Shown one piece after another: positions 26,490-39,402 of a DNA stretch of 64,000 nucleotides. The DNA lies in contig CM059432.1 in assembly GCA_030390025.1 (NCBI GenBank), forward strand, positions 88,786,001-88,850,000, given 5' to 3'. The notes beneath the pieces are model-generated. The model made no database searches and was not told where the DNA came from. It worked only from the letters and a program-made list of their open reading frames with translations. Numbering within the stretch: position 1 is the first letter of the stretch; every line of letters begins with the position of its first letter. The translations under genes were made by a program, and so were the position numbers. Origin of the DNA: Squalus acanthias. Its lineage: Eukaryota.

Positions 26490-26528
26490 TTACCTGACGA
26501 AGGAGCGAACTGCTCCGAAAGCTTGTAA
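26490..26528 (+). ncRNA. Minimal hammerhead ribozyme in Penelope 3' pLTR
   Basis: ttac-CTGACGA-a-GGAGC(gaact)GCTCC-GAAAGCTT-gtaa. This gives the catalytic core, helix II, a palindromic helix III and ttac/gtaa as helix I. Confidence 0.85.
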
Positions 26529-26716
26529 AATTAAATAAATCTGTTGGACTATAACCTGGTGTTGTGCGACTTCTCATTTTTGTCCACCCCAGTCCAACGC
26601 CGGCATCTCCACATCATGACCTTTATTATCAGGACAGCATTTCGTTTAATAAAGCTGATCACACGAATCTGCTTCTCTTGTGTTATTTTGAATCGCGATA
26701 ATTGCGAAACTTTACA

Positions 26717-26985
26717 GACCTCTACCACCTAGAAGGATAAGGGCAGCAGGAGCATGGAAACACCATCACTTCCAAGTTCCCCTCCAAGTTACACACCATC
26801 CTGACTTGGAAATATATCGCCATTCCTTCATCGTCGTTGGGTCAAAATCTTGGAACTCCCTCCCCAAAGGCCCTGTGGGAGTACCTTCAACACGCGAACT
26901 GCAGCAATTCAAGAAGGCGGCTCACCACCACCTTCTCAAGGGCAACTAGGGATGGGCAATGAATGCTGGGCTTGCCAGCGACGTC
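26717..26985 (+). mobile_element. L2/CR1-group LINE 3' fragment (left piece at 22085-22119)
   Basis: Continuous with the copy at 34250-34550 once the LTR is removed. Confidence 0.8.
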
Positions 26986-28603
26986 CAGGAAAAGCACTCT
27001 CCTGGAAGTTCCACGTCCTCAGGGTCCACCATTGTCTGAGGTGGTCTACAGGCACTGAGCTTTACCCAAATATGTAAGTCTATAGATCCTGCCAGAGCTG
27101 CTCATCACCTACGTTTCACAAGGAGGCCTTTCTTTAGGTCAGTATTGTGATCTTGAATTATTTGCCCCTTGTACAAGGAGAAAATTAACATTGAGATGAT
27201 ATAAGCTGAAGAGAAAAGCTCAGTGATCATTCCTCTTTTAGCTAGATTGTATTACAATGAATTGAGGTGTAAGTGTGGCCAAAGGATTGTAATACATCTT
27301 GAGCCTGTCTAAAAGCTAAGAATTTTTGTCCTCTCTTTCCCCCTCCCCCCCCAAACATGGACACTTACTACACAATTGACTAGCTTTGCACTAGCAACTA
27401 GGCATTCAAACCTACATTTAGCCTGGGCCGCAAAATCTGCCTTCTAATTTCTTGTGGCCCATTTAGGTGTTCTCCATTACCTAGAGTGTGGTTTATAGGG
27501 GAGGTTTGATCCCTAGCAAAACTGGCAATGGCATGTTAAAAGTTAAACCCTTTTTAAAATGTTCATTTGACATTTTACAGTAGAAATGTATCGATCTAAA
27601 CTTTCTTAAACACCATTTCTAACTGCAGTTGCACCTTGTTAAATAGAGAGGGCAAATAACTCGGCTCACTTCAGATAGTAAGTTCCTTACTTAAACCCAA
27701 GCAAGTTAATAATGACCATATAGATTTCAAATTAGCACCCTTTAACATTGAGTTAACTACCTTAAAATTCAGTTCAAAAAACTTTTCTGGTTAAATTGCT
27801 GACTTGAGATTTTTCCTAGAAGCTTCTAAAGTGTTTGCATAGGGCTGAAACTTTTGTAAGCTTTATGCCTATTTTTTTTAATGGATTAATAGAGAAAACA
27901 CTTGATTCCTAACCAGAATGTTATGAGTTTCAGCCCCATCGCCATGTGATGTTGAAACGTACCTGCCTCAGCTGGGTGAGTTCTGCCATTTTTCAGCCTG
28001 TCAGACACATTGGTTGCCTTGCTTATACTGTTTCACATGCTGCATGATCATGGAACAGCACTGGGGAAACCAAGGAAAGGTTTGTGGCCCTGCTCTATAC
28101 TTAGAAGAAGATGTGTGGTGGCAGGTGAGAAAAGACAGCCTGCATCCTTTCACACCATATTTCCACAAAAGAACAGCAAACACATATTCAACACTTGGTC
28201 TACAGGTTCACCTTGGGGTCGGAGTTCAGTGTAACATTATGCTTTATGTTCTCCATTAGAATTATTTTGCTTTTATAAGATAACGTTCTTGTCATTTAAT
28301 TGTGGGCTGCTGGCAAAGATTATTTCACTTACTTTTGGGCAACTGTATGTTATGTGGCAGTGAGTAAAACACCTATGCTCATTCCGCTTGAAGATTAACC
28401 TAGTGTTGGACTAAGCTTGTGGCTTTTCCTCCAGTGAGAAGTTGTCAAATAACCACTTAAAGCTTGAGACATAACTTCCAGAAGCACAGCTAGCTAGATG
28501 CTGCATGTAGACTGAGGAAAAGATTTCATCCTGCAGCGTTGTAGAAAGTCATAATTCATTACAATCAGAGATTTAACTAAGGTTTCAAAAAGTTAAGTAT
28601 AAG

Positions 28604-29639
28604 GGGGCGATTCTCAGCAGTGCGTTCAGGCGCTAACGATCCTCCGAGGTGGCCAAGATGGGGTCTTGAGCTGAAATGTCGGTTTAGCCCGTGTTTAGCG
28701 CAAGACGCCATCTTGGTAAAGGAGTTGAAGCCAGCGCTAGGAACAGCCACCCGGACGCTCGTTAAGGGGCTGATTGCCACTTAAAATGCCTGCTAGCGCT
28801 CATTAAAGAGGCTGCACGGCATTTTGGTGGCTAGCGCTTTAACTAACGCCCTCTCCCAACAACGACCAGCTGTTTGGGAGTAAACACTGCATTGATGACG
28901 ATTTCAAGCGCTAGTTAATGGGATACTCACCATTTCATATTCATTGCTGCTGGAGCTGTGAAGCGGACCTCAAACACCTCGGGAGACTTTCAGAGACACT
29001 TTGTCAAGACTTCACCAACACTTGAGCAACATTTATTCCACAAATTCTCTGAGGACTTCACCTAAAAAGAGTGAGTGCTGTGCTACTCCACCTTATTGGA
29101 CACCTTATAGGAGTCACCAGGAGAAATGGGAGTGCTTGGTCATCAGCACCTTGCTAGGAGTCCCTTTGGTCTGCAGAAGGAATGGGTGGAGGACATGAGG
29201 TCAGGCAGAGTAGCACCAGCTGCTGCATGAGAGAGGAACAGCAGGCCTAGGAGGGCAAGGTTGCATCCTTCCCCCATGAGGGTACAGGACATCCTTCCTC
29301 CTCTGGACCTCCTTCACCAGGGCTTCCAGTGCCACATCCGAGCACCTGTGTGCCCTCTCCCTCGGTCCCTGAGCCATCCTGTAACATGCCACTGTGTGCC
29401 AGCCAGCACACTGCACACCTTCAGGAGCCCACTATACTGCTCCACAAAAATTCCATCTAATCAGCACTTGAGTGCTAAACCTGCAGGTGTCTGTTTTGCA
29501 CCTCCAGGCAAATTCAAATGATGGTAATCAGCAATTAGGAGCAAAATTGTGTGCTAAATCTGGACTTCAGAACAGGTTTGTCTTATCAGCACAGCACCCA
29601 TTTAGCACCTGTTTTCACCCTTTGGCCAAAATAACCCCC
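28604..29639. mobile_element. Non-autonomous Harbinger deletion derivative
   Basis: gggg..att / aat..cccc ends with AAG on both flanks. Joins the transposase 5' remnant (+) to the Myb exon 1 remnant (-, RERAHRCSDVALEALVKEVQRRKDVLYP). Confidence 0.7.
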
Positions 29640-30299
29640 AAGGATTTTAAGGCAGCCAGAAGTATAAGTTGAGTTTGTCGCTGCTTTGCTTTAGTCGACT
29701 GACTAGTATACTTAAGGCCTTATTTACAAAAATCTTGAAATTCTAGGGGGTAATTTTAATCTAACCTGCCCAGTGGGAAAGTGAGGACTTTGGTTTGGCC
29801 ATCAGTATTACTTTTCATCAATGGAAAGTAGAATCAGACGGGATGTAAGAAGGGCAGCTGATCCGATCCCGTCAGTTTCCTGCCGGGCAAGTTTGTTTCA
29901 AATTACCCTGAACATCCATTCATCTGAAATTCCTCAGTCCTCTATTTCAATTAAGATGTTAACCAATTTTTTTTAATGGGTTAAGGCCTGCATTAAACTA
30001 TCTAGATAAAGGAATTTCATACAAATGTATTAACATATTAATTATTAATATCACAATTTCAATGCAAAGGATTTTTATGAATCTGCAAAGCAGTTTTGCG
30101 GGGAGGGGAGTTCATTACTGCAATTTCTGCAATTATTAGTATTCACTAAAAGTTGTTTCATGGAAATGTTACTCAGGCATGAATTTAATTGAAGAATATA
30201 TATTTTTAAGGAATACTGCAGGCTCAGTTTGCAGGCAGCTCTTGGGTTCATCAATGTTGTCTATCTCATAAGATAGGTATCTGATAATGGGTATTTAAA

Positions 30300-30590
30300 A
30301 TCATAGAAATATACAGCACAGAAGGAGGCCATTCAGCCCATCATGTCTGTGCCACCTTTTTGGGAGAGCAATCCAAAACTAATCCCACTGCCCTGCTTTC
30401 TTCCCATAGCCCTGTATCTTACTTTGCTTTAAATATTTATCCAAGATGTAATGATCTCTGCCTCTAGCACTCCCTGTGGCAAATAATCCTCATGCAAAGA
30501 AATTTCACCTAACCTTTCTCCTCACTCTGATAATTATAAATTAATGACCCCCTCGTCACTGACTCCCCAAACCAAGGGAAATAGTTTGGA
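30300..30590 (-). mobile_element. Old CR1 3' fragment
   Basis: tcatagaaatatacagcacagaaggaggccattcagcccatc is a CR1 tail on -. Confidence 0.65.
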
Positions 30591-30789
30591 ACCTCAAGTG
30601 AGTCCACAATAATACTTGTTGTCAAGGCTCCCCATAATCTAATAGCCTACTGACAGCTGAGCCCCTGTAGTGTGTTCCCAGTCTAAAAAAAAAATCCCAA
30701 CTCTTTCAGCTGAAGCAAGTGGCTGGGGAGTGGGAGGGAATCAAGTGCAGGGGAGCTGAGTTCGTAGCAAGGCCTGAAAACAATGGATT

Positions 30790-31200
30790 CAATCTTCCCA
30801 ATGTTTGATGTCTGGCACCACGGAGGTGACCATGGAGACAAAAGAAGAGAATGGAGTATGGCTGCCTGTCATCTGCCTACTCATGGATTCTAACCCTGCG
30901 AATGTTATCTCAAAGGTGAAGCATGCAGATGAGGAAGAGGACGGAATCAAGAATAAATCCTTAAGGAACTCCTGAGGTGGTAGTACTGTGGTGGGAGGAG
31001 AAGCCACTGCTGACTGGAACCATGGAAAGTCGGTCTGATGGAGCTGGACATTGGATGAAATACGATAGAGGAGGAAGGCAAGGTTGACCTTGTTAAACAC
31101 TGCAGATCGACGAGGGATAAAGCACTGAGGATGTCATTCCAGTCTTTGGTCAAGGCAGTCTTGGTGCTATGAGCAGGGTGAAAACTGACAACGACTCTCA
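30790..31200 (-). mobile_element. Old L2-type RT fragment
   Basis: Decayed GF.P.HSTKTAL, LSLVDL, PQGxxL and CFTF/ADD-like RT motifs across frames. Confidence 0.55.
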
Positions 31201-31803
31201 TCCAGTTTGCCTAAGCTGGAATCAAACCCAAGCCCCAAAGGTGAGAGGTTAGTGTTAAACCCACTAAACTACTAAGTCCCCCTGGAGTGGAGGTTATCTT
31301 AATGTGGTGTCTGAATTGGCACCAAAAATATTTTATTAGCTTTTAGGTGATGATTCTGGAGTTCTTCGAAAATGTAAGCAAAACTTTTAATCCTAATGGG
31401 TCAGGTGTGCAAAAAGGCCTTAGTTCCTTCTGTTTTTTTAATAAATATTGGCTGATCTCCCTTGGCATTACTCCTGAGTAGTCTGGGCTGGGGTTTGGAG
31501 TAATGTTTATTTGCTAACCTGGCCTGTCCCTTTAAGGGCCCTGTTCTGGTACATCCTGTGAGGAAGTGATCTAAATAAGGGCTAAATGTGAGGCCAATTA
31601 TTATTTCTCCAGATTAGCAAATGCTAGGCTCAAGGCCAGAAAAAAGCTACAGGAAATAGTTGCCATTTTTAATCCTTTACCGTACCATTTATTTAAGATT
31701 GTATAAAGCATCAATAAATTACAACTGGACATAGTGTGACACCAGAGGAAATGGCCTGCACTTCAAGAGGGGAGTAAGTTCAAAACTAGTCTGCGGAAAC
31801 ATT

Positions 31804-32378
31804 GGCCCCGATATTTATGAGGAGGTGGGGAGGCCGAAAACGACTGAAGAACCCGGAGGTCCTGCCGAACTTAACATTTTTAGTTCCATTTCCCACCCGG
31901 CAGCCGGCCAAATGGACAGCCTGGTCGGCAGCCAGGAGGGATCACCAGTGGCAGGTCACTTGGGGACGGTCTCCGGCAATCAGGAAAGGGCGGGGAGAGA
32001 GAGGCCACGATCGGGAGGGGGAAGGCCAGAGGTTTTCTTGAGGGGACGAGGGCCGCACACTTGCTCCTCCTGGCCCACAAGGAGTGCTGAGAAAAACACT
32101 TATCTTGTGGACCGGCCAGCTGCAGCCTCCCTTTCACTGCCGAGTTTCTCGGCCCCTGGGAAACCAATACAGCAACAGTAAATTTTAAATCAGGTTCCCA
32201 ATTGCACTGTAGGAGCCCTACTTAAATATGTTAATTAAGTGCCTCGCCTCTCCACGACGTAAAAATGGCGGTGGGGACGTACGTGGTGTGTTGGGAACGC
32301 ATTCCCCGTATTTAAGTCTTTAACCCTCCCACGCCGACCCTCCCCCACCTGTTGCGGGGGGGAGTTAATACCAAGGCC
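31804..32378. mobile_element. Harbinger MITE
   Basis: Imperfect TIR ggccccgatatt / aataccaaggcc with TSD ATT. Confidence 0.7.
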
Positions 32379-32509
32379 ATTATTTCAGTGAGTGAGTGGT
32401 GAATCTATGGACCAGGTTTCCTAGGGAGATGGTGAATGCAGATAGTGTTGATTAATTCAAATACAAATTAAATAGATTTCTTGGAGAAAATAATATTTTG
32501 GGACACAGA

Positions 32510-33455
32510 GGGGGGAATTTTAACTTTGGGACCCACCAGGAGCAAGCAGGGGGGATGGGCATGGTAGCGGGCAGGAAACCCGGAAGTCCGGGTCTCCCCA
32601 CACACTGGAGTATAAACTCCACAGCGTGCGTGTGACATCACTGAGAGGTTTCCCGCCCGGAAACCAGCCTGATTGACAGGCTTGGCTTCCAGTTGGGCGG
32701 GGAACGCTGGAGAAGAGGCCACAGCCCCAGTTAGGTCTGAGCCCCGACACCAGGGAGTGGGGTACGATCCCCGGGGTCCGATCCCCAGTCCAATCTCGGG
32801 GGAGTCCAATCCCCAACTGGGGGGGGGCGGTGGTGTTCGATCCTGAAGCGGTTTGTTCTCCGACCCCGGGGGGTGCTGTCCGATCCTGACGGTGTCTCCA
32901 TGCCCCCACCCTGGGGTGCTCCAATCCCAGGGTGGGGGCAGTTTTTATGGTGGGGTCTGATGGTGAGGGAGCTAGGGGGCCGGGGAGGGGGGAAGCACTT
33001 CAGCTCTTCCCGGCCCACACGGAGTGCTCCCCGAGGCTGTCCTCTCCTCGCTGCAGCTGCCAGGATTCCCAAGGCCCAGGAACCCTGGCTGGCCACAGTT
33101 AAACCTGCAATGCAGGTTAAATCCTAAGCTGTTAAATCAGTTCTGACGAAGGGTTCGACCCGAAACGTTGACTCTGTTTCTCGCTCCTCGATGCTACCTG
33201 ACCTGTTGAGTGTTTCCAGCACTTTCTGTTGTTATTTCAGATTTCCAGCATCTGCAGTATTTTGCTATTGTGTTAAATCCTAGGCTCCCAGCCTCATTAT
33301 CATATTTAAAGTGCCAACCCGCCTCCTGGGAGCAGGATGGCTACCCACCCACACCCCACCTCTGTTAAAACCGGAAGTGGGTGGGTTGGAGGCGGGTTGG
33401 GGTCGGGATTTAGATTTTTCAAACTTTAACCTCCCACCCGACGTAAAATCCCCCC
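32510..33455. mobile_element. Harbinger MITE containing a pLTR insertion
   Basis: Ends are ggggggaatttta / taaaatcccccc. The right arm is homologous to 63320-63492. Confidence 0.65.
33139..33270 (+). ncRNA. Short Penelope pLTR-derived insert beginning with a minimal hammerhead ribozyme
   Basis: agtt-CTGACGA-a-GGGT(tcg)ACCC-GAAACGTT-gact at 33139-33173, flanked by the direct repeat tgttaaatc (33130-33138 / 33271-33279). Confidence 0.8.
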
Positions 33456-33934
33456 AGTATATGAGTAACTTGAGACGTGACATATGGTAAGTGTAGCAGA
33501 CTAGGGAGGAACAGGGTAACTTTGGACCTATGATTTCCAAAGCTTTCCACTACTGGGGGGTTTTCTTGTCATGCCTGGTTCTGTTGTAGACTAATTCATG
33601 GTGATTGATTGGTATGATTAGTCAACAACTCCATCATCATGGTATCACGTGACTATCAAGATGGTAGAAGGCGAACTAGATGGACCATGGTCTATTTTCA
33701 TCTATCAATTCCAATGTTCCTATGTGGAGTGTGTTAGATGTTCGTAAAACCTTTATGTAAACAGATTTAAAGGAAATTGATTTTACAACTTCGCGCTCGG
33801 AGTGTCATGTGCCTGTTCGGAGCACACATTGGGAATTTGAGCACTGAGGTTAGTGGACCTCACAGAATTTTGCATCCATTAAAATGAATGGATAGGCAAA
33901 CCTGTGGGTGTACTGACCTGCTCAGCCAAATTCC

Positions 33935-34565
33935 CAACTGGACCAGCCACATAAATACTGTGGCTACAGAGCAGGTCAGAGGCTGGGTATTCTGTGGTGA
34001 GTGTCTCACCTCCTGGCTCCCCAAAGCCTTTCCACCATCTACAAGGCACAAGTCAGGAGTGTGATGGAATACTCTCCACTTGCCTGGATGAGTGCAGCTC
34101 CAACAATACTCAAGAAGCTCGACACCATCCAAGACAAAGCAGCCCGCTTGATTGGCAGCCCATCCCCCACCTTAAACATTCACTCCCTCCACCCCATGGC
34201 TGCAGTGTGTACCATCTACAAGATGCACTGCAGCAACTCGCCAAGGCTTCTTCGATAGCACCTCCCAAACCCGCGACCTCTACCACCTAGAAGGAAAAGG
34301 GCAGAAGGTGCATGGGAACACCACCACCTCCAAGTTCCCCTTCAAGTTACACACCATCCTGACTTGGAAATATATCGCCATTCCTTCATCGTAGTTGGGT
34401 CAAAACCCTGGAACTCCCTACCTAACAGCACTGTGGGAGTACCTTCACAACATGGAGTGCAGCGGTTCAAGAAGGCGGCTCACCACCACCTTCTCAAGGG
34501 CAATTATGATGGGCAATGAATGCTGGTCTTGCCAGCAACGCCCACATCCCGTGAATGAATAAAAA
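33935..34565 (+). mobile_element. L2/CR1-group LINE 3' fragment
   Basis: ORF 34001..34258 (TIYKAQVRSVMEYSPLAW...LDTIQDKAARLI) with a (tgaa)n/A tail. Confidence 0.85.
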
Positions 34566-34989
34566 ATAATGTGCTCCCAGCACGTGAAGCATGGTGCCGG
34601 GGGTAGGAATTCATAAAATTTACATCTGAATATGTAATGCACTGTGAGAGATCATTTCCTTCCAGACATTCTGGTGTATCACTATGAAAGTGTGACAGAA
34701 ATCCTTTTAAATAGACTCATTAACAGCGCTTCACGGTACCAAATAAAATTAGTAGATTCTGCCTTCAGACAATGCAAGACAGAGAACTTAAATGGGATCA
34801 TTGATCCCATTTGACTTGTAACGAACAAAACTGCCTACTATTGTACGTATTCTTCCTTTCAATATATTATTGTTATAGTCCAGTTTTCTAAGCCTTTAAC
34901 CCCTTCTACATAATGTTTATTTTAAGCATTTGTTGATCGCTTGTAGTGTTGCTTACAGGCGAAAGTCAGTTGGGCCAGAAAATCCTTCA

Positions 34990-35671
34990 GGGGAGAAATT
35001 TAAATGGGGCGCTAACTTTTGAAATCTTGAAAAATTAGCGCCAGGCACTAATGATTGTGAGCTTCCAGTAAGTTGTCTGTTAGCGCTCCAGGAAGGAAGT
35101 GGAGCGCTAAATAAAACACTACCACTTCCCTTGGAGCGCTAAAGCCGACAAGAGGGGCGGTAGCAGTGCAGCGCTGCCGGGAATGGAGGCTCCTTCCCTC
35201 CCTTAAAGGGAAGGGCCATCGCTGCAGGTTCTGCATTGAAACGAGGTCCCTTGTCGCCGACGGCAGCCAAAGAAAATGCTGAAAAATGGACGTAAGGAAT
35301 TAAGAAAATGTTTTTATTTCACGCAACCATCATCCCTTTTAAATAGCGCTCCCCAAGCGGCCGGCCTCCCTGACAACGCCTCCTGCAGCTGTCTGTGCTG
35401 TCACCCGGCGATGCTGCAGGGGGCGGAACCGAATTTCGGGTCCAGGGTGCTACTAGGGCGATGCGCAGCACTATGACGTCATGATCTCTGGGCGCAGGAG
35501 ATTGTGGCACTAGGGTTTACCGCCGCCGCAAACCTCGACGGGAATTTCGCGGGTGGCGGTACACTCGCCGAGCCCGGTCGCAAAGCCGGTAGCACCCCGT
35601 TATCGCCCCCCCCCCTCCCCCCCGCCCCGGAGGTGATAACGGCAGGTGCAAAGGAGGCAAATTTCTAGCCC
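34990..35671. mobile_element. Harbinger MITE related to the ends of the 48105-52323 element
   Basis: ggggagaaattt / aaatttctagccc with TSD TCA. Shares the subterminal motifs gtggagcgctaaat and atgacgtca with that element. Confidence 0.75.
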
Positions 35672-36098
35672 TCAGTATCTCTCCACTGGCATAAGTTTGC
35701 CAGGTTGGTTGTATTGACCTTCGTTCTTGACCCCAGCAGAATATTCAGCGGGTTACCTTATTTGAATTTCTTTGCCAGTGACCCCAAGGATTTTCAGTTC
35801 CATTGGCTGAAATTTTCTGTACCTGGGCGAGTCGGGTACGGGTGATCGCTGTGGTGGATCGCGACCCTGTTCCTCATTCTATTCCACTCCTGAGATCGAC
35901 TTTCCCTTAATGGCGCCTGTTAAGGGAGCCCTGCGAGTTACCCGGCCCTATTAAATGGTGCAGGTCTGATGACGTCATCAATTATGCATCTTCAGCTGGA
36001 ATATTTAAAGGAGCCATGGCCACATTGCATTTGAAGGTTCATCTAGGATTGTGCAGGCACTGTACTGCAGCATTGGAGTGTTCCAAGCACTTGCAAAC

Positions 36099-37983
36099 AT
36101 GACTTCACAGAGACAGAAGACTGCACCCAGGTTCTCGGCTGACTCCCTCCATATGCTTGTGGAGGGAGTGAGAGCATGCAGTAAGGTTCTCTTTCGATGG
36201 GCAGAAGAGATCTCCCCAGCAGACCAAAGGAGCCTGGCTCCAAATAGCAGAGGCGGTCAACAGCAGGGATGTGGTCAGGAGGACCTGGGTGCAGTGCCGC
36301 AAACGTTTCAATGATCTCATTAGATCAGGAAAGGTGAGCGCAAAGTCACACTCAACTTCATCCTGCTGTGCCTCTCATCACATCCCCATCACTCTGCCTT
36401 CCCAACCCTGCTCCTGCACATCATTACTCACACCAAGATATGTTGCATGTCCATCTATCCCTCTCTCTCTATCTACATCATTTGACTAGCCACCCCTCAC
36501 ACTCGCCCTCATCCTAATGCAATCATACCAACTAACAACACACAAGGAGGCCATTTGGCATTTCCACCCCACTCCATCATAGTTACCCTCTACAGATGTA
36601 ACCCATTCATTCCTTACACTCATTCCATCACTCTCACTCAACCTTCTCTTCTTTGCCTCCTTACAGGAGAAGAGAGCCCACAATAAGAGGGAGAGGGAGA
36701 GAAGCGGAGGTGGCCCTCCATCATTGGCCACCTTAACTACAGCAGAGGAGGTCGCGCTGGAAGTCTCAGGAGTCGCAGAGCAGCTGGAGGTGGGAGACGG
36801 AGAGAGGGGGACATCTTAACAACCTGGTGACAGAATTACATATCATAAAGCTACATGGCATACAGTAGTCACACATATGGGGACTGATGTCAGCAGCCAG
36901 TGAATGTTCATCTTGTGCATATGGTATTGTTACCCATTCTTGATATGACATTTCTAAATCATCTCTACTCTCCCAGGTCCATCAAGAGCCCCCTGCAGCA
37001 TCCCCCCCCGCCCCCCACCCCACCCCTGCACTGTCCAGGAGGAAGAGGAAGATGACTCCTCAAAGGAGCCTCCAGCCTCTGAAGGTGCACCATCACCAGA
37101 CATAAGAGCACCCAGCACCAGTGCAGATATGCACACAGATAGAGTAGTGTTGTCACCTGGTGTCTAACAAGGCACAAGTGAGCAAGAGGAAATGGTGGAG
37201 ACAGGGACAGCACAGGATGCTCCCAGCTCTGCTCAGCTGCATACAGACGCTGAGCCTCGGGGGCCATCCAGAAAGGCGGCGATCCTGGAGGTGCAGCAAG
37301 AAGTGTAGGAGGCTTTGACAGGTTTTTCAACCACAATGTCTGCAAATGTGCTGAGAATGGAGGAGTCCATCTCCAACATGAGGCCCACCGTGTCACAGGC
37401 GATGGCCACCTGCATGGAGCAGCTAATGCGCCACTCACAGGAGCACATGGAATCTATGGAGAATAGAGGGCAGAGGCTCAGAGACCTCCTCTCTAGGAGG
37501 GATGTAAACGTACACTTGGGTCCTCATGGCCCCAATGCTGTGCAGCAAGGTGCTCGCCAGCTCCTTGCTAGCAGGGAAGTATGGGTGGCCCATGAGAGGG
37601 ATGATAGTGAGAGGGGACATGGAAGTGGGGGCTCCTCTCAAAGCGCTCACACTTCTCCCCGATTGCCTCCCCCTCAGTCAGAGCCCCACATGCCTCCTGG
37701 GATCGCGATGGCTGAGTCTGCCCCTGCACAGTCGCAGGAGGAGCAGACTTTGGCGGGGCCATCACAGGTTCTAAAACCCAGAGAACATCCACCAAAAGTG
37801 TCTATGCAGTCACAGCAAGGAAGTGAGCAGGCTGCCTCTACCTCTGCTGAAGCCACAGGGGTAGCACCTTGTAGAAGCACGTGTAAGAGAAAGATGAAAC
37901 ACAAGAAGATGCACAAGGGTAGCCACTTGGGTGTTTTAACAACTGTTTGTCTGAAGTTTCCGTTAATGCAATGTCACAGATAA
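36099..37983 (+). pseudogene. Harbinger Myb/SANT-like gene, 3 exons, disrupted
   Basis: MTSQRQKTAPRFSADSLHMLVEGV...RRTWVQCRKRFNDL. Donor at 36334 and acceptors at 36666 and ~36976. Contains frameshifts and stops. Confidence 0.85.
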
Positions 37984-38206
37984 TAATTCTTATTTTCACC
38001 ACTTTCCGGTCATGGCCAATTGTGTCTGCAACTTTGGAAGTGGCTTAGTGAGTTGGAGTGAATGGTGAGACATAACGTTACCTCCAGCAATGGTGGTCAG
38101 TGTGAAAGGAATAGCCTGGTCATTGTAGGGATGCTTTATGGTGTTGCTGTGAGGTGTTGGTAGCCTGGCGCAGCATATGGCAGCCATATGGGTGTAATGC
38201 CTGAAG

Positions 38207-39402
38207 TTAAGTAAATCTGGCCATGATGAGGCCATCCCTGGCCTCCCGGGTAGCAATGTGCTCGGGTGCTGGTGGGATCTGGACCACAGGTTCCTCCTGT
38301 TCCTCCTCCTCATCTTCCAGTTGATGCTCCTCCTCCTCCTCCACCTCCTCTGAAGAGGCTGTGTGCTCAGAGCTTTGCTCCTCATGCAGCGCTAATCCTC
38401 GCTGTTGCGTTATGTTGTGCAGGGTGCAGCAGACCACGATGATTCTGGAGACCCTGGCTGGTGTGTACTGAAGGGCTCCTCCAGATCTGTCGAGGCACCT
38501 GAAGCGTATTTTCAGCATGCCTATTGTCTGCTCTGTCACATCTGATGGAAATGTGGCTTTCACGATATTGCTCCTGGGCCTCAGTACTTGGCCTCCTCAA
38601 TGGTGTCATGAGCCACATCTTCAGTGGATAGCCCTTGTTTTCAAGCAGCCAGCCAGAAAGTCTGTTTGGAGGAGCGAAGCGCTGAGGGAGTGTGGACTGG
38701 CGCAGGACGAAAGAGTCATGGCAACTGCCAGGGAATTTGGCACACACATGCATGATGATCTTCCTGTGGTTGGAGACGAGCTGCACATTGAGGGAGTGGA
38801 AGCCCTTGCGGTTGACAAAGACTCCTGGGTGATGTTGGGGTACCCTGATGGCCACGTGTGTGCAGTCGATGACGCCCTGCACCTGTAGGAAGCCAGCCAG
38901 AGCAGCAAAGCCGAGTGCCCGCTCAGTAACACTGGCCTCATCAGTGGCAAAGTTGATGTAATTGACTGACTTGTCAAACAGGGCATTGGTGACCTGTGTG
39001 ATGCATCTGTGGGCGGCTGACTGAGAGATGCTGCAAATGTCTGTTGCAGATCCCTGGAAGGAGCCTGAGGTGAAGAAGTTGAGGGCGCTGGTGACTTTGA
39101 CAGCCACTCATAAGCCGCAAGTCTTGCTCCAGCTATGTGCAAATGTCTGCAATGACCTGGCGCGATAGCCTGAGCCTCCTTTGGCACTGCTACTCCATCA
39201 TAGTGAGGAAGCTCATCCTCTGACTGTATGCCCTGTGTTGGGGGTATCGCCTCTGGTGTGGTGCAGCCCTGCGCTGTTGCCCTCTGTCCTGTGCAGCATC
39301 AGGTTGGTGAGGAGAGGGTTGGTGGTGTTGGTGCTGCTGGTGTAGGGGCTCATCGAGGTCTGATTCTGAGGACCAAGGTGAGACAGTATAAACGGCACCC
39401 AT
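38207..39402 (-). pseudogene. Harbinger DDE transposase, disrupted
   Basis: [34 protein letters not shown] (D mutated), [15 protein letters not shown] and ARDGLIMARF, split over several frames. Confidence 0.9.

Larger units (their letters stand above)
22120..26716 (-). mobile_element. Solo LTR (~1.6 kb) carrying a Penelope insertion, itself inserted in a LINE fragment
   Basis: Termini are TGTAAGG...TTTACA with exact TSD GACC (22116-22119 / 26717-26720). Homologous to 52592-54596. AATAAA on - at 22339-22344 and a TATA-like motif on - at ~23210. Confidence 0.9.
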
